From Raillietiella orientalis (lineage: Eukaryota), in NCBI GenBank assembly GCA_036172245.1, contig JAYWIR010000042.1, positions 558,001 to 622,000 of the forward strand: a stretch of 64,000 nt of DNA, in the 5' to 3' direction. Below the pieces are notes generated by a model, which saw nothing but the letters and a program-made list of their open reading frames with translations, had not been told where the DNA came from and ran no database searches. Position 1 is the stretch's first letter, and every line of letters starts with the position of its first letter. This document shows, one piece after another, positions 14,701-27,746 of the stretch. The translations under genes and the position numbers were made by a program.

Positions 14701-16819
14701 CAGGCCAAGCAGCGGTGTGAGCAGAAGGCACATCTGAAAGTGTTCCCTTATTGGTGATGCATAATTCGAGAGGTGAGGAGCTTCACTTTCTCGGGATCGT
14801 CCTGCTGCAGCTCGTTGCTAGCCTTCCTGGTAACAGTTGGGAAAATCTTTCTCATTTCTTCCCGACCTTGACTGCTTTCTGGGTTACAATTTTCGGAGCC
14901 GTTCTCCGAATTTCCTTTGAATATTTTCACATATCTATAGTTGCAAGTGACCCAGTGGAATAAGAGAAATATGATATCTTGCTATTTTCAAAGAGAGAGT
15001 CCACTTCTACGCGTCATTGTGGGTGCCGGAAAATTTGCCTTGGTTATCCTTGATCCGTTTCTGGGTTTTGAATGTGAGGCTGTGGAGTGTTTGCCCCTTT
15101 TGTGTATGAATCTGCTTTCTGACGTCTTCTCTTTTCCGGATGTTTTCCATTCACTTTTATGCTCTATTTACCTCAGGTTCATCTTTGTGACACTTTCTGA
15201 AGGAAATCGCGTGAAGCAGGAAGCTCCGTGGGAGACGGGTCCTCATTGACTTGATGTTTTGCAAGCCTTGGCGTTTCTCGAAGTGCAACTAAAGTCTTGC
15301 ATTTTCCTGACAACTGCCAAAGTCTGCTTGTTTCCTAAAGCCTGTATCCTTGTATACCATCAAGCGCCTCTTCTGCCCGAAGAACGAGCACGATAGATAC
15401 CTCTTCTAATTTCATCTTCTCTTCTCACCTCGAAACACTCTTTTGATCATCGAGTTTCACCTGCCATACTCATGTTTATTATACCTTTTAGAGTGCTCCT
15501 TGAAGTGGTTAAAGACTGTTCTACTGACCTTCAAGCAGATGTCGCCTCACCACAGCAGCTCTTCGTTCGCGGATGTTGAAGTGTCCCTTGTGCTCACATC
15601 TCCAAGCCGCGTACACTCACGGAAATTTCGTTCTATTTGTCCATTCGAGAAGAAAGTGTTGGCACAGCACTCAGGCAGGATTTAAACACTGTGGGATGTA
15701 AGGTAAGGTAAGCATCGGAAATAGCGCTGTGGGGGACATCTCCAAAACCACCGGTACCAAGCGCTCATGAATTGCACAGATGCACCCAATCACGATCCCC
15801 ATAGTCGGCATGGAGGTCCATATCTCGCAAACTCCCTTTTCCAGCTTGGGAACAGGAGCGATGTTTAATTATCCAAGCGTCTGTGTCGTGGGTGTGGTTT
15901 TCAAGCAGGAATACTTCTATTTGGATTCTTCTCATTTCAGAGGCTGGACAAGGAAGACACAATTAAACACACGCGGGATTTGGAATCCGGGGAATCCGAA
16001 ATCTTCCGGCAGGGAGTTTCAGAGCGAAAGAAATTCCGAGTTCAGAGCTTCCATTCGCTGCTGAAATTGGCATCTCAAACACACTCAAGCTGGGCGAACC
16101 TTCAATCCTCGCAGAGGAAGCAACTGAGGGGGCAGGGGACGTGGAGTACTTCTCAGATTAGGGAAAGAATCGAGGAGACGCATTTTTTATTAGGCGGAAT
16201 AGTGGATATGAATGCCATACCCCTTTTCGGGATGTAACGAAACAAACCCAAGCGTGCATGAAAACAGGAACAAATTGAAACTTACATAGGTGATCCAGCT
16301 TCCTTGGGACCCAAAACCGAATTGCAGTTGTTTCGTTACAGCACACGGACGAGGAAACAAGCAGCAGAGCAAGTTGTGCAGCAAGAACGGAATTGTCTTT
16401 GTTCACACGTGAGGACGTAACTTTTAGATGTGGCAGACGATGAATTCCAAGTTTGCTGATAAGGCACAGCACTTGCAACATATTCCTTCCTGCTAATAAA
16501 AGTAGCTATAAATCTAGTGAGCCAATAAATTCGTGCCATCTCCATTGCAAATGAGGAGGCTGCGCATCCATAAAGTGAGGCGCTCTCAAAATTTTTGGCG
16601 CGAATGGGCCTTAATTAAAAGTACTGCAATATCTTAAGCACACATGCTCCATTTACGGAAAACTCATATTGAAAACACGGATTCTTCACGAACCTTTCCA
16701 TGTTCCCCTTTCGCAGCTCGCAGGCAAAAGCCACCCGTGTCTTACAAGGTTACGTTTTCGCACGCCAGAAAAAAAAAGAAAAAAAAAAGCATTTATCTGT
16801 GCAGTTTGCAGTGGTTTCC

Positions 16820-17434
16820 TTTTTTTTTTTTTTTTTTTTTCCAGCGGTGTAATGCAGAGACATTTGGTGGAACGTGGACTGCAAAGTGGGACATCACATA
16901 CCGGCCGATCACGTGTGGTGCCGCACTCAGGTTTGCGTTGGACGAAGCGGAAAGCACACTTTCGCATTCGCGGATGTGCTTCCGAGGTGACCAGCGGCTC
17001 CGCTGCGTTGCCCAGCGTGCTCACGAAAACAAACAACCCTAGACGAAAACCGAATTTCCTTAATCGTCATCGCCGAACTCCTTGGTCTCCTGTTTGCACT
17101 ACGTCTGGAACAACGTTGTTCCTGTTGTCCCTGTGGGTCGCCTTGGAATCGCAAAGAACGGAGCCCAAACTCCAGAGCAGAGCTGCCCTTTCCATTGCCC
17201 CTCTCGAACGGGCAAGGAGTTCTCGCGAGTGCAAACTCCTCCAGCTGCCACAGTCATGCACTCTTTGAGTGCCAGGGCATCCGTGCTGCCACGTGGAGAT
17301 GAGCCAAAGGCACGCAGAGTCACTCAACGTGCAACCTCCCTCCCTGGAACTTTCCTAACGATGGCGTCAGAGAGAACTGGCGGTGGCCGCAAACCTTATT
17401 TTCACGGAGGGAACCGCGGGAAAAATCGGGATTA
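16820..17434 (-). mobile_element. Candidate retroposed element with A21 tail and imperfect target-site duplication
   Basis: T21 at 16820-16840 abuts a GC-rich body; flanks gcagtttgcagtggtttcc (16801-16819) and gcaggcagtggtcc (17435-17448) share GCAGTGGT. Confidence 0.4.
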
Positions 17435-18899
17435 GCAGGCAGTGGTCCATGTTCCTTCACGAACCAGAATGGGACCTCCTTTCAGCCTCGTATCATTGCT
17501 CGCTGCAAGATTGATTACAAGATGGCTGCGTGTTACTTCTGTAAGCCATGGTGCCAAGAGGAGCAATTGTGATCCCGTAGTGTTCATGTTTATTAAAAGA
17601 TCAAGAATTCACTTACAATCCAAAGTATACCCAACAAATCTTCCAGTAAAATTAAGACTGGGTGCATAAGAAGTGGATTTAAAAAAAAATTAAAAATCAT
17701 GTCTCTCGTAAACCTGAGGGAAAAAGCACATTTCATTATTTGGGGAAAACTTCTTCAGGATCCGACGTACTGAGCAGACAAACCAATAGAAAAATAAACT
17801 TATGATGAACATGCAATTTCAAAAAAGGAATTGTAGCAACTCAGTCTGAACCGCAGAAGTTCAGTGCTAATTTTTGAATGCTGGATTCATGAGCTAACCA
17901 TCTCTAATAGAGTTGGCAATGCCATTAGCATCTACTTTTATGCTGTTTGAGATTGTTTTTTTTCATGATTCACTTCGGGAGTCAACGGGCTTGAGACATC
18001 CACTAAATCCACTGCCCAGAGATCGTCCTTTCCTCGATTGCAAAGCGGACAGCATGCGAATGCGTGGAAAACATGAACATCACATACGAACAGAACATGC
18101 CCTCAAGCGAAATTCCCTGCGTTGCGCCATAGAGCAAGATTTCCGCATTCGGCAAGCAGCTTCACAACTTTTCATTCGTCTTAAGGAAGCAAATACGAAT
18201 CAGTGAGCTTTTTCCTCTTTCAGAAAGCATTGAGGAGCCACAGAAAATGAGCAGAATTGAATGCTTTCATTATGCTTGATAGTGTTTCTTGAAATCATGA
18301 TGACGCCACTCTGTCTCATCGAGACATGCTTGAATGGACTAGTGCGCATGTCCTTGGAAAAGGATGCTGCTGCGGACAGTCAGTGCTGCTCAATTATCTG
18401 GAGAAGGAATGAGAAAGCAGTTGTGAGAGGAATCCATCACACACTAAAGTGGAGAATGTTCTAACTCTAGGACGTTTCCGGAGTGTTTCGCGAGCTGGGG
18501 AAATAGATGAGACAGAATTGAAAACGATGCACAAAAATCTGAAGTTAGCATACTGAGATTTGATTTCACCATTAGCGATTCCAAGGATTGGGAAAAGGCT
18601 CCTGCAAATATTTCGAAACAGCACCATTCACTTGTTGTGATCCTATCCTGTTGGGATGATGATGATGATGCAGATTCATGATATGCTCGGTAGCGATACG
18701 TTCCACCGAGAAAGATCAAAGACAGCATTTCGGGTCGAGATTTCGTGAATAGGGAACTTTCTCTGGAACCTGCAGCTATTGATGCACGTTTGATAATCAG
18801 AAAAGCTGTTCCTCCTATCTGACCACACTGCCTTATGCCTCTCTTTATTCCTATTACCGATTGGGGACAATGGAAATCCTTTTCTGTGTTCGCAGTTCT

Positions 18900-19580
18900 T
18901 CGACACGCCACCCGAGTGTGGGTAGTCTTCAGGATAGGGGTCCGCTTCAGGACGGTACCTCGGGAGCGGCCCGCCCTAAGGACTCGGAAGCCGTTCCTCT
19001 CACTCCTGGGGAGGGATACCCGGAAACGGGGATCACCTTTACCCTGGTTGTCTCTGAAGGGGAATCCCGAAGCGAAATCTCGCTTATTCTCTCCGAAGAG
19101 ACCCTTGGAGGGGTTCGCTCCATTCTTTCTTCTCTGATGGGAACCCGGAAGGAATCTGATCCTGCTTTTACTCCTCTGAAGAGAACCCAGAACGTGACGC
19201 TTCCGAAATTCAGAAGGACGCAGCTTCCCTGCATTCTCTGGAGAGGTGGTGGCGACACACCTACTCCATCAGTCCGACGAGGAGGGGTCCCCCCGGAATG
19301 GGGGATCCTCTCCTTCACAACCGGAGGGGAACTCCCACTCCGTGATTCCTGGAAGGACCCGGAGGTCGATTCCCATTTGTCCCAGCCCTCTACGGGGGCA
19401 TCCGGTTTGAACCGCTACTGGTCCCGCACCCGGATGAATGTAGGCCAATCCTGTGTCATCTTGTGGGGTAAGCTCGGAACCCACGACGCACTGCGTCGAT
19501 TTCTTCGGAGTATTGGAACCCACGACACATGGTGCCACGCGCGGAAACCACCGTAACCACACGGTCTGCAACGCGGGCAA
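18900..19580 (-). mobile_element. tRNA-headed SINE-like element, copy 1 (ends approximate)
   Basis: GC-rich block colinear with 41520-42417; the minus-strand head has A-box-like TGTGGTTACGG and two GTCGTGGGTTCC T-arm-like motifs. Confidence 0.65.
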
Positions 19581-22500
19581 GAAGAACTTCATGTCACAAA
19601 TTCCACAAAGAGAATTTTATGCGTCAGGCACACTTTGTATTCAATTGCTTTCTCTACCACCACACTGTGTGTTATCATTTCAACTATGCTCTGCTGGGAA
19701 TTCGAATAGAACGGAAGAATAGAACATGGACCTCACAAAGCATCATGATGTTGTGCTAAAAATTAGTTTTTAAACATCGGAATTGTAAATGTATCGTAGA
19801 TGAAGAAATATCCAACAAGTGGATAAAGCAAGGTAAAGACTCATTCTATGGTTAGTGACGGTTTCTGTTCGGAATGTCTCTTCAATTATACTCCTTGGAA
19901 TTCGTCCACATCCTATTTCACCAAAAGCTGAGAAAGCACTCAGCAGCACCACTCATGATCCAATTTCACTTTAATTTCATTTTTGCGATGATTTCCATGT
20001 TTTCATGATGGAAAAAAAACCATGAATATTCCTCGTTTGCCCCAAATGACGGCTTGGTGCATCCCTGCTCATTTCAAGTCCACTGCGAGGCTCTTCTAGG
20101 AAACCTTCAAGCTGGGAAGGAGGATCGAACGACAAAGGTAGCACGACGGGAGCAATGGGTTATACAATATCTTCAGCACATTGCGAAATAAAGTTTCAAA
20201 CCTCAATGAGACATTACAGAACTTGTTCGCGAACAGATATTCATCAGGTGTGGGTACATTATTTTGTAAATATCCTCAAATATATCTGCGAAAGACTCTA
20301 ATCGGTCCCTTGGAATTATTTATGAATTTGGTACTTTTCGGTATTATGAAATGAATTTTTAGGAGCGTGCCTTATGCATCGGGATGTCGTTTACCCTTCA
20401 CTGCTTTCCCTTCTGCAGCCCATTGCTTCAAATTCTGTAAATAAAAGATTAGCGAACATCAAAGCTGGAAACTGCGAACTGACGAAATGCATGCATTTCA
20501 TTCTACTCATAAATTTGTTTGCTTTCGAAGTTTAAGAGCAAATTCTTCAGATACCCCATGCGACACCACGGAAGTGTTTTTTCCAAACTGCCTGATTATG
20601 TCTCGGGCTGAATTTGTCGACTCCTATCAGCAGCTGCGGGTCGTTCCATCAGTGGGATATTAAAATGAATTTGAATTTGGACCAAGGAATTCTGCAGGAT
20701 TCCCTTCCTCGGAAGGACGTCGAGAGTCTTCGAGGGTTCGATAAGGCAACCAGCAAATGCGGCTCCCCGCGGTTCCTGCGCAACCTGCGCCATCTTGAAC
20801 TGCTCCAAGCTGCTCCCTGCATACGCGCTCATTTCAAACGTGCATCACCGAAGGAATTGCTACTTACATGCGTCTGTCAAAATCGAAACTCACCTTTGTT
20901 TTCGACGATTGATACCCCAACTTTCCTCTCTTGCAGTAAACGATGCAACAGCATCCCGTTGGCGCTGGTAACTTCACAGGAAAGGAAATCTGAGTTCTGC
21001 AACAGGTTGCGAGCTTCCAAGCTATCTTCTTCCCATCCAGCTAAGCTCTGAAACCATTTTTATCGTTCACTTTTCTGTGCCCCCGAAGTCTAATTGCTTT
21101 CCCTTCATGAAAACTAAGCAGCCTGGTAACCCAGAAAAGGAATTCGAATCGTCAAGTCCTTCGGGAAGATGAAACTTACCATTTCATCTGAAAAGCACCC
21201 GCTGCTTATCGGTAATTTGTGTCAACAGCAACGTCATCTTCCGCAATTCATGAAACAAAACACGGACGATAAGTTTGTTTCCTTGGATACCATCCCGGCC
21301 CCGAAATGGGGAACACGCCTCACCGCCAAGAGCAGCCTGCGAAACGGAAATCCCGAGTTGCTCCTCTTGAATTCGTACCCTTGAGAGATTTCAAGGCAGC
21401 AACTGGTTCGTCTCAAACAGCATCTGTACTTGGAACGCTCTTCCACCAGATTTCACATTTGCTTGATTCGGCCTTGGCTCTCCAGATCACTAAATTTCGC
21501 CCTTCTAACCGGTTCGAGAGAATCTCCTTCTGGAATGTGATTTCGAAATAGGGGTACGTTAGAGAGAGATCTGCTCGTACTCACGAGCTTCTTTACGCTG
21601 CCTGCGATGAGCAGCCAACGAGATCTAGCAGTGAGATTGCTTGTGAATTTTCAGGAGCATGCGAGATGGATGAACCACGGCTCCAGCATGCGAAGCACAG
21701 TGTATTGCACAGTTGCCTTCATTGCATCAGTCGTAATTCGGTCGCCATTCTCTGCTTTCGCGTATCTCTTTAGTTTAAGGGAGAAGCCTCAAACCCAAGA
21801 AAGCACGCAGGCAGTGCAGTGTAAAAGCTGTCCAACAAGAAATCCGACATGCAAACACAAAATCCAATGCATCAACCAGGAAAGCAGGAATGCTGCAAGC
21901 TGGTGATGGGATCCTCGCTTCAGATTCAAGGAATCCAGAGTTCGTTTCCAAGCAAAAGAAAATTACAACTCGAAAGCAAAATCACAAGATGCAAATTCCG
22001 TCCGAAATCAGTATTGCCAGCATGTCTGGCTGCTTCTTTGGAATTCAATGGGGTTCATCGCTTGTCACTTGGGAAACAAAAAGGGAGAGCCATAAAATGG
22101 AATAAATCATTCCGCTTGAATTTCCAGATTCGTTTCTCTTCTTCGTTTGTTTCTTTGGATTTGTCCCGGCCAAAGTTCTATGGGGTCTTTCCCAGAAAGC
22201 AGTGTCTCGGTCTTAGATAATGGCAAATACGTTAAAGAGGAAATGCACACACGCCAAGTGACATGTTCATCAAAAAGTCCCCCCTGTGGTTGATAGGAAG
22301 GCTTGGGAAAACAACAGCAAAAGACGTCGGGCTCATGTTCCTCAAGAGGGTACGAGTTTCAACAGAATTTCCTCGAATCGTTGCTCACCTATGATGGCCT
22401 CGCTTCCTCCCTGCCAATCCTTCAAACTGCACGCCTCTAGGATTGCGGGAAGACGCAGCACCAAAACCCGCTGGCCCTCTCTTCTCCTTCCACCCTTATT

Positions 22501-23847
22501 GTCCTTTGTCCCGGAACCGACAAACATTTGCGCCCAATCTTTCTCCATATAGCATATTCTTTTTATTTATCTATTTTTTACTCCCCTTCATTATTCTCTT
22601 GACCCTCCTCGCCCTGCGCGCTTTCCCATTTGCAACCGATCCGCGTGTAGAAGTTCCCGCCGAACATTTTCTCCAAGGAAGGTTAATGAGTTGGAAGGAA
22701 CGAACGGCCGGTCATGCCAGGACGCTTTGCGATGATCACCTGAGGTCCGGAAACTCAGCAGGCATCTGACCTAGCAGAACCGTTTTTCACCTCGAGTACC
22801 AGCGTTCGTTGAATACGTGGTCCTATTTAGCGAGAGGTCAGCATGGGCAGCGGAGGCGCACGCGAAACGACCACGCACTCGAGTGGAAGGAATTCCCGTG
22901 AGCGTCACGACCATCGAGGAAAGATTGACTTCTCGGGAAAGTGGGATGCAAGGGGCATGCAGCCGATCGCTATCTGGTTCGGAGCTCCTCGATGGCATCC
23001 TTGGTCGCAGACGCATCGTCGTGGAAATGCATCCTTTTTCCTGGAAGCCCTGGAACCGCAGACTATCCTCCCTACCCTTTAGCGCAGGCGCTCTGACTGC
23101 TTTTCTGTATGCCATCGATTTCCTTCCTACACTTGCATCTCCCTCTTTTCTGAAGCCCAATTACGAAGCATTATCTTTCGCTGACTTGTTCTTTTCCTCA
23201 CCTTTTCGCTTTGGCTCGGAAGGGCTTCGAAGAGACTTCTTCGTTCCTCTGCACCGAACTGCGACTGATCAATTCAAGTTTGTACCTGCAGCGAATTATT
23301 TGAGACATCAGCAGTTGAGCTGAGACGCAGTGCTTTGGATGCCAGAAGGCAAGTTTTTGCGAAAACAAGCTTCCTCCTCGATGTGGTTTTCGAAAGGAGA
23401 AAATGATAAGTGTAAAGGGGAGTAAAAGTGGTCTGTGGATGCTGATCATCAATAACGCTGACAGTTATTTGGTTTGCATATGGCAAGTTGAGAGCAAATC
23501 AGTTAAAAAGGCAACAGTTGCGAAAGTTACGACGGATAAACTGAGACACTTGACAAACATGGTTTCCAAGCAGAGAGTAAACACAATTTTTTCTCCTGTT
23601 TTCCGGCATCCCCGGCAAGCATTTCTTGCCGGAGGAATCAGTTTACTATTTCTACAAAAATAATGTTTGCTTTTTGTATCTGCTAACCAGAAGAAGTTCC
23701 GGGAGAATGCTGAGCTTCACGAAATGCACTCAGAAACCAAACCCGATTTTGCCAGGGCATTCATTGTAAAGAAATAATAAAAATGCATTCTTGTGGTAGA
23801 GCACTTGGCTCTAGCGCAAAAATACATTGTACAGTACGTTGCGAGGG

Positions 23848-24420
23848 GTCCTCTGCATCCTCATCAGGATGCTGAGGACGTGTCTCTCCCACGCGGGGTC
23901 ATCCCGATGCTGTGAGAACAGCATCGGGAAAGATTCCCATCCACTGGATGGCCTCCTTTCCATTCGAGCCTCTTCCTGTGCTCCAGGCTGCCTCCATCTT
24001 GCGAAGGCTGAAGAGAATTGCGAGAGATGTGATGGACGACAGTGTTGCACGCACGGAGAGGGTTTTACAGTACTACTGGGGCCGTCCGCCGGGAATCGTA
24101 GGGTCGTCGAGAGGCGATTCCCAAGGGTTCGGAGGGAAGCAGCAGGTGCGGGACGGTCTTCCTTTCCCCGCGCCTGTCACACTGCTCATCCACCATCCTT
24201 GGGTCCAGTGGCGAAGGTGTGCTTTGCATGGGCTACCCCAATGCAAAACCAGCAGCGCCAACTCCCGTCACTTGAGGGGAGGCGGGTGCCACTGTTCTAG
24301 CACTCCTTGGGCCATTTCACGTCTTCCGCAGGGATTGCAAGCAGCTCACCCCTGCGTGGAAGTACTTGGAGTGGGACATTCGCGGTCGCAGCGTCCTTAG
24401 CCTACTGAGCTGTCCACTCC
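23848..24420. other. GC-rich block dense in stem-loops; identity unknown
   Basis: Hairpins at 23848-23879, 23902-23929 (12 perfect bp, GAGA loop), 23937-23951, 24223-24247, 24323-24362 and 24368-24420. Confidence 0.55.
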
Positions 24421-26501
24421 CCCAGAAGTTTCTCTTTTGCTGCTATGCAGCAAGTCACTTCCCACCATCACCAAGCAAAGGTTGAATGCAATCTATGAAT
24501 TTCCATGAAGCGTTTCGGTATTTCTCGGATCTGAGCAGTCAATCCTGGAAATGTACATAAGAAGAGAGTGTTTTGGGCTCAAACAGGATTGCCATCATCG
24601 GCAGGAAGCCATAAGTTAACCCAGAATAGGTTGTAAACATAAAGGACGGATACAGTGCAGGGATGATGGCACCTGTCAGAGGCAAAGATTTTTTGTCTTT
24701 CAAAAGAAAGTGGATGAGACATGGATGTTTGGAAATATTCAAGACTAGAAGAGAACGGTCCCTCGTCCTCTCTCTCACATCTCGCTTGCCTTGCGAAACA
24801 AGGAGTTTCATCACCATCAAACAGGAGAGCAGCGCGTTGATGGATCACGCCCTCTTGTTGCTTTGCTGAAATGAATGAAATCGAAAGATTAAAATCATCT
24901 TATCTTCAGGCTTCCTCCGTTGGCAACGAGAGGGAGAAAAACCGACAGGGAACAGAACGCCACGCAGGTGTTTTGTTACTGGGATCCCTCTTTGCTGTGC
25001 TCTCGATCCTCGGATGAGTTGCCCTTGAGCTCAAACACACAGCATCGGAAACTTTTACAAAATGAGATCGATGCAGATGCAGCTCTCTAAGGCAACACTG
25101 TCCTCGTCCATCTCTAGAAGTTCTTGTCGTAACTCGGACGGAGCAGTCCTGATATTTACCTAAGAAAACGACACACCGGAGCTTTCCGCATCAACTGCCG
25201 ATATGGAAGGGTTTTGTGAAGGACAAGAAGAGATCATCTCGGGAGGCATCTCGCAAACAGCAGCTGCAGTAACTGCATGCTAAATGGTGTGCTCGAAAGT
25301 GTTCGGGTACACCAAAAACACCTGATGTGGAATGCGCAGAAGTTTCACCACTGAGCCGGACGGTTTTGCATATAGAACTCCTGGTCCCGTGGGACTTTCA
25401 AACCAGGAAGCTCCGGTTGTTTCGTCACATCGGAAAGAATATCACTCCTCGAACTCTGTCTGCTCTCCCTCTTTGTACAGGTGGAGACGTACAGGTGAAT
25501 CTGCTCATGAGAGCGTACCGTCCGCTGCACGCAGAGTCTCAAATCCTCGAATCGGTGCTGCAGTCCGCTTCCTCTTCGAGGAACTGAGCAAAGAAGAGTT
25601 CCCTATGGCATAAGGGAGGTATGCTTCGCATGGCTTCTTTGAAAGCTTCGAACTCCTGGAATGACATGGAACTCCCACCTGCATGGGTTAACCGTTCAGT
25701 GGGTCAGCAAAGAACTGACCAGCTGACAGTGCGCGGAGAGGAGAAGCGACTCCAGTTCTGTAAGCCGGCTAGATGCTCCCAGATGGTTGCCGGCGTTCGT
25801 CCGGCGGGGATTTGCGCGCCAGCGAGTGACCAGAACGGACAAAGATGAAACGGTAACGCCATGCTTGGGAAGAAGGTATCCGGAAGATCCAGAGTCCACT
25901 CGTCGAGTTTACGGAGAATGGCATCTGCTTGCCCATGGACTATGGAATTAGTATGCGAAGACGGGTCTCCCCTTAACGATCCTTGTATTTGAGACTCAGA
26001 AAGGAGCACTCGAATTTCCCATGTGCGCTCTCTCCCCCTCCCCTCATTCCTCCCTGGGAACCCAGTGCCACAGAAAAACGCTTGATTCGGAACCTTCTAT
26101 GAGCGGGAGAGAGAACAGCGACCCGTTCTGACCGCTGGCAGGTCAGAAATGAGCAGCGCCCTCTCCCACGTTCGTTTCCTAATAGGATCAGGGGCCACAG
26201 GGCGAGGGACTTCGGATTAAGAGCGGAAGGCATTCAGCAGCCTCAGGAAACGCTGTCGTACGACTGGTTGCCGGCTGGAGAGGACTCGAAGAAGAGCCTT
26301 CGTAGACTGGCGGCTCCAGAAAGCCATGGAAGGTGAGCGGGTCCGGAGGGTCGCGCGAGATGAGCCGCGGGACACCTTGGAGGGAGAGTGTTCGCCGCCC
26401 AACAAGGAAAGAAGAGGCGGGATTGAAAATGCAAGATGCTCCGTCTCGTCGCTGCTTCTCTTCCGGATGGGCCCAGACGCCTCCCGGAATGATGTTTAAA
26501 T

Positions 26502-26507
26502 TTTATT
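26502..26507 (-). terminator. Candidate polyadenylation signal AATAAA of the nAChR gene
   Basis: First AATAAA I found on the minus strand downstream of the stop (~780 nt), in a short AT-rich patch within a GC-rich putative 3' UTR; no transcript evidence. Confidence 0.45.
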
Positions 26508-27286
26508 GGAAAAATACCGTTACAAATGCTAGAATTCTCGTTTCTGGACTCTGGACACGAGGTTATGGGACTCGATGATGAGGTTGGAGGAGGAAGTGTC
26601 TGCTGCAGCCACGAAAGGGACGGGAAAGAATCTCCAGGAAACGGCTGGAGCCGGTTTGAAGGAAGCAAGTAAGGAAAGGCCGAGGGTCTTTCCTTCCTTT
26701 TCCTGTTCAGGAAGCAGAGGAGAAAAGGGACCATTCCCTTTACCTCCGGGGGAACCACATGGAATGTCCGATCTTCCTTTTCTGTCTGGTGATCGTTACG
26801 AATGGCAACGAAAACAAGCAGATCCTCCCGGGGAGAAGGGGAGCAGGAGTTGCTGTGAATGCGTCCGCCAGGCAGCGGAGGGACAGCGGAAGGGGATGAG
26901 TTTCCTTGGGAATTCCCCAGAGACCGCTCCCTCTCCGCCCTAAGCGGCGAGTTACGCAGGGTCCTGTCTCTAGACGGCTCTTTCCTCCTTCCCTTCATTC
27001 TTCTCGAGTCGGCTCGGTGAAGTCGTCGCTGTGCGACCCACGGAGGGCTGCTGCTTCTTCTGCCTTCACGGAACCTCAACAACAAAGGGCAGGACCGGCA
27101 GAAGAATGAGGAGGGGAGGGACGGGAAAGGGAGAAGGGGGAGTTTAACTCTTAGAAAAATATTTGGTACGGGAAGAGAGAAAGATGCGCGCGTAACTCTC
27201 GGATGTGCGTATTTCGGCATATCGCAGTCTGGAAGATGAAGTGCAAGGGGGAGGAAGGAGGAAGGCAATCGTTGTCCACCCGTTCG

Positions 27287-27746
27287 TCAAACCACGAAGT
27301 TGGGCGCCATGAGGAATATCACTACGGTAGCCACGAGCGTGAACAGACTGAACATGATGAGGCAGATGCGGTCGACGACCATGGCTGCGAACTTCCAATC
27401 GCTGGCTATCTCCTTCTCCTCCTCCTCCTTCCTCATCTGGCTGGTAATGAAGCGGATCTCCTTCAGAATGAGCTGCATTTCCAGGACGCTTCCTGGGAGC
27501 TGCGAGGACGGCACGCTGTTGGACACACCCCTCGGTGAGGCGAGGTTGTGAGAGTAAAGCGATCCTCCGTCTCGCATTTGAAGGAAGGTCTTGGACGGGG
27601 CTGGATCGATGGGAAGGCCCGGAGCACATGCGAGCACCCTCGAGCTGTAGTAACTATCCTCCATGTCCTTGACGTTTGCCATTAAGCTCTTTGAGATCTT
27701 TTCTGTCCTTTCAAATTCACGCACTTTCTGGGACTGGATGATGGCT
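27287..27746 (-). CDS. nAChRalpha6: nAChR terminal coding exon: intracellular loop, MA helix and TM4, ending DWKFAAMVVDRICLIMFSLFTLVATVVIFLMAPNFVV*
   Basis: 460 bp; acceptor tcttgtcattgcag; SKSLMANV and WKFAAMVVDR motifs; TGA at 27289-27287. Confidence 0.96.

Noticed and set aside
22739..22762. cctgaggtccggaaactcagcagg, resembling SRP RNA helix 8
   Set aside because: The stem does not close around the GNRA loop, and no Alu domain or helix 6 context is present.
26243..27268. 341-aa minus-strand ORF just after the nAChR stop
   Set aside because: Low-complexity S/P/R-rich translation of a GC-rich putative 3' UTR, with no recognisable domain.
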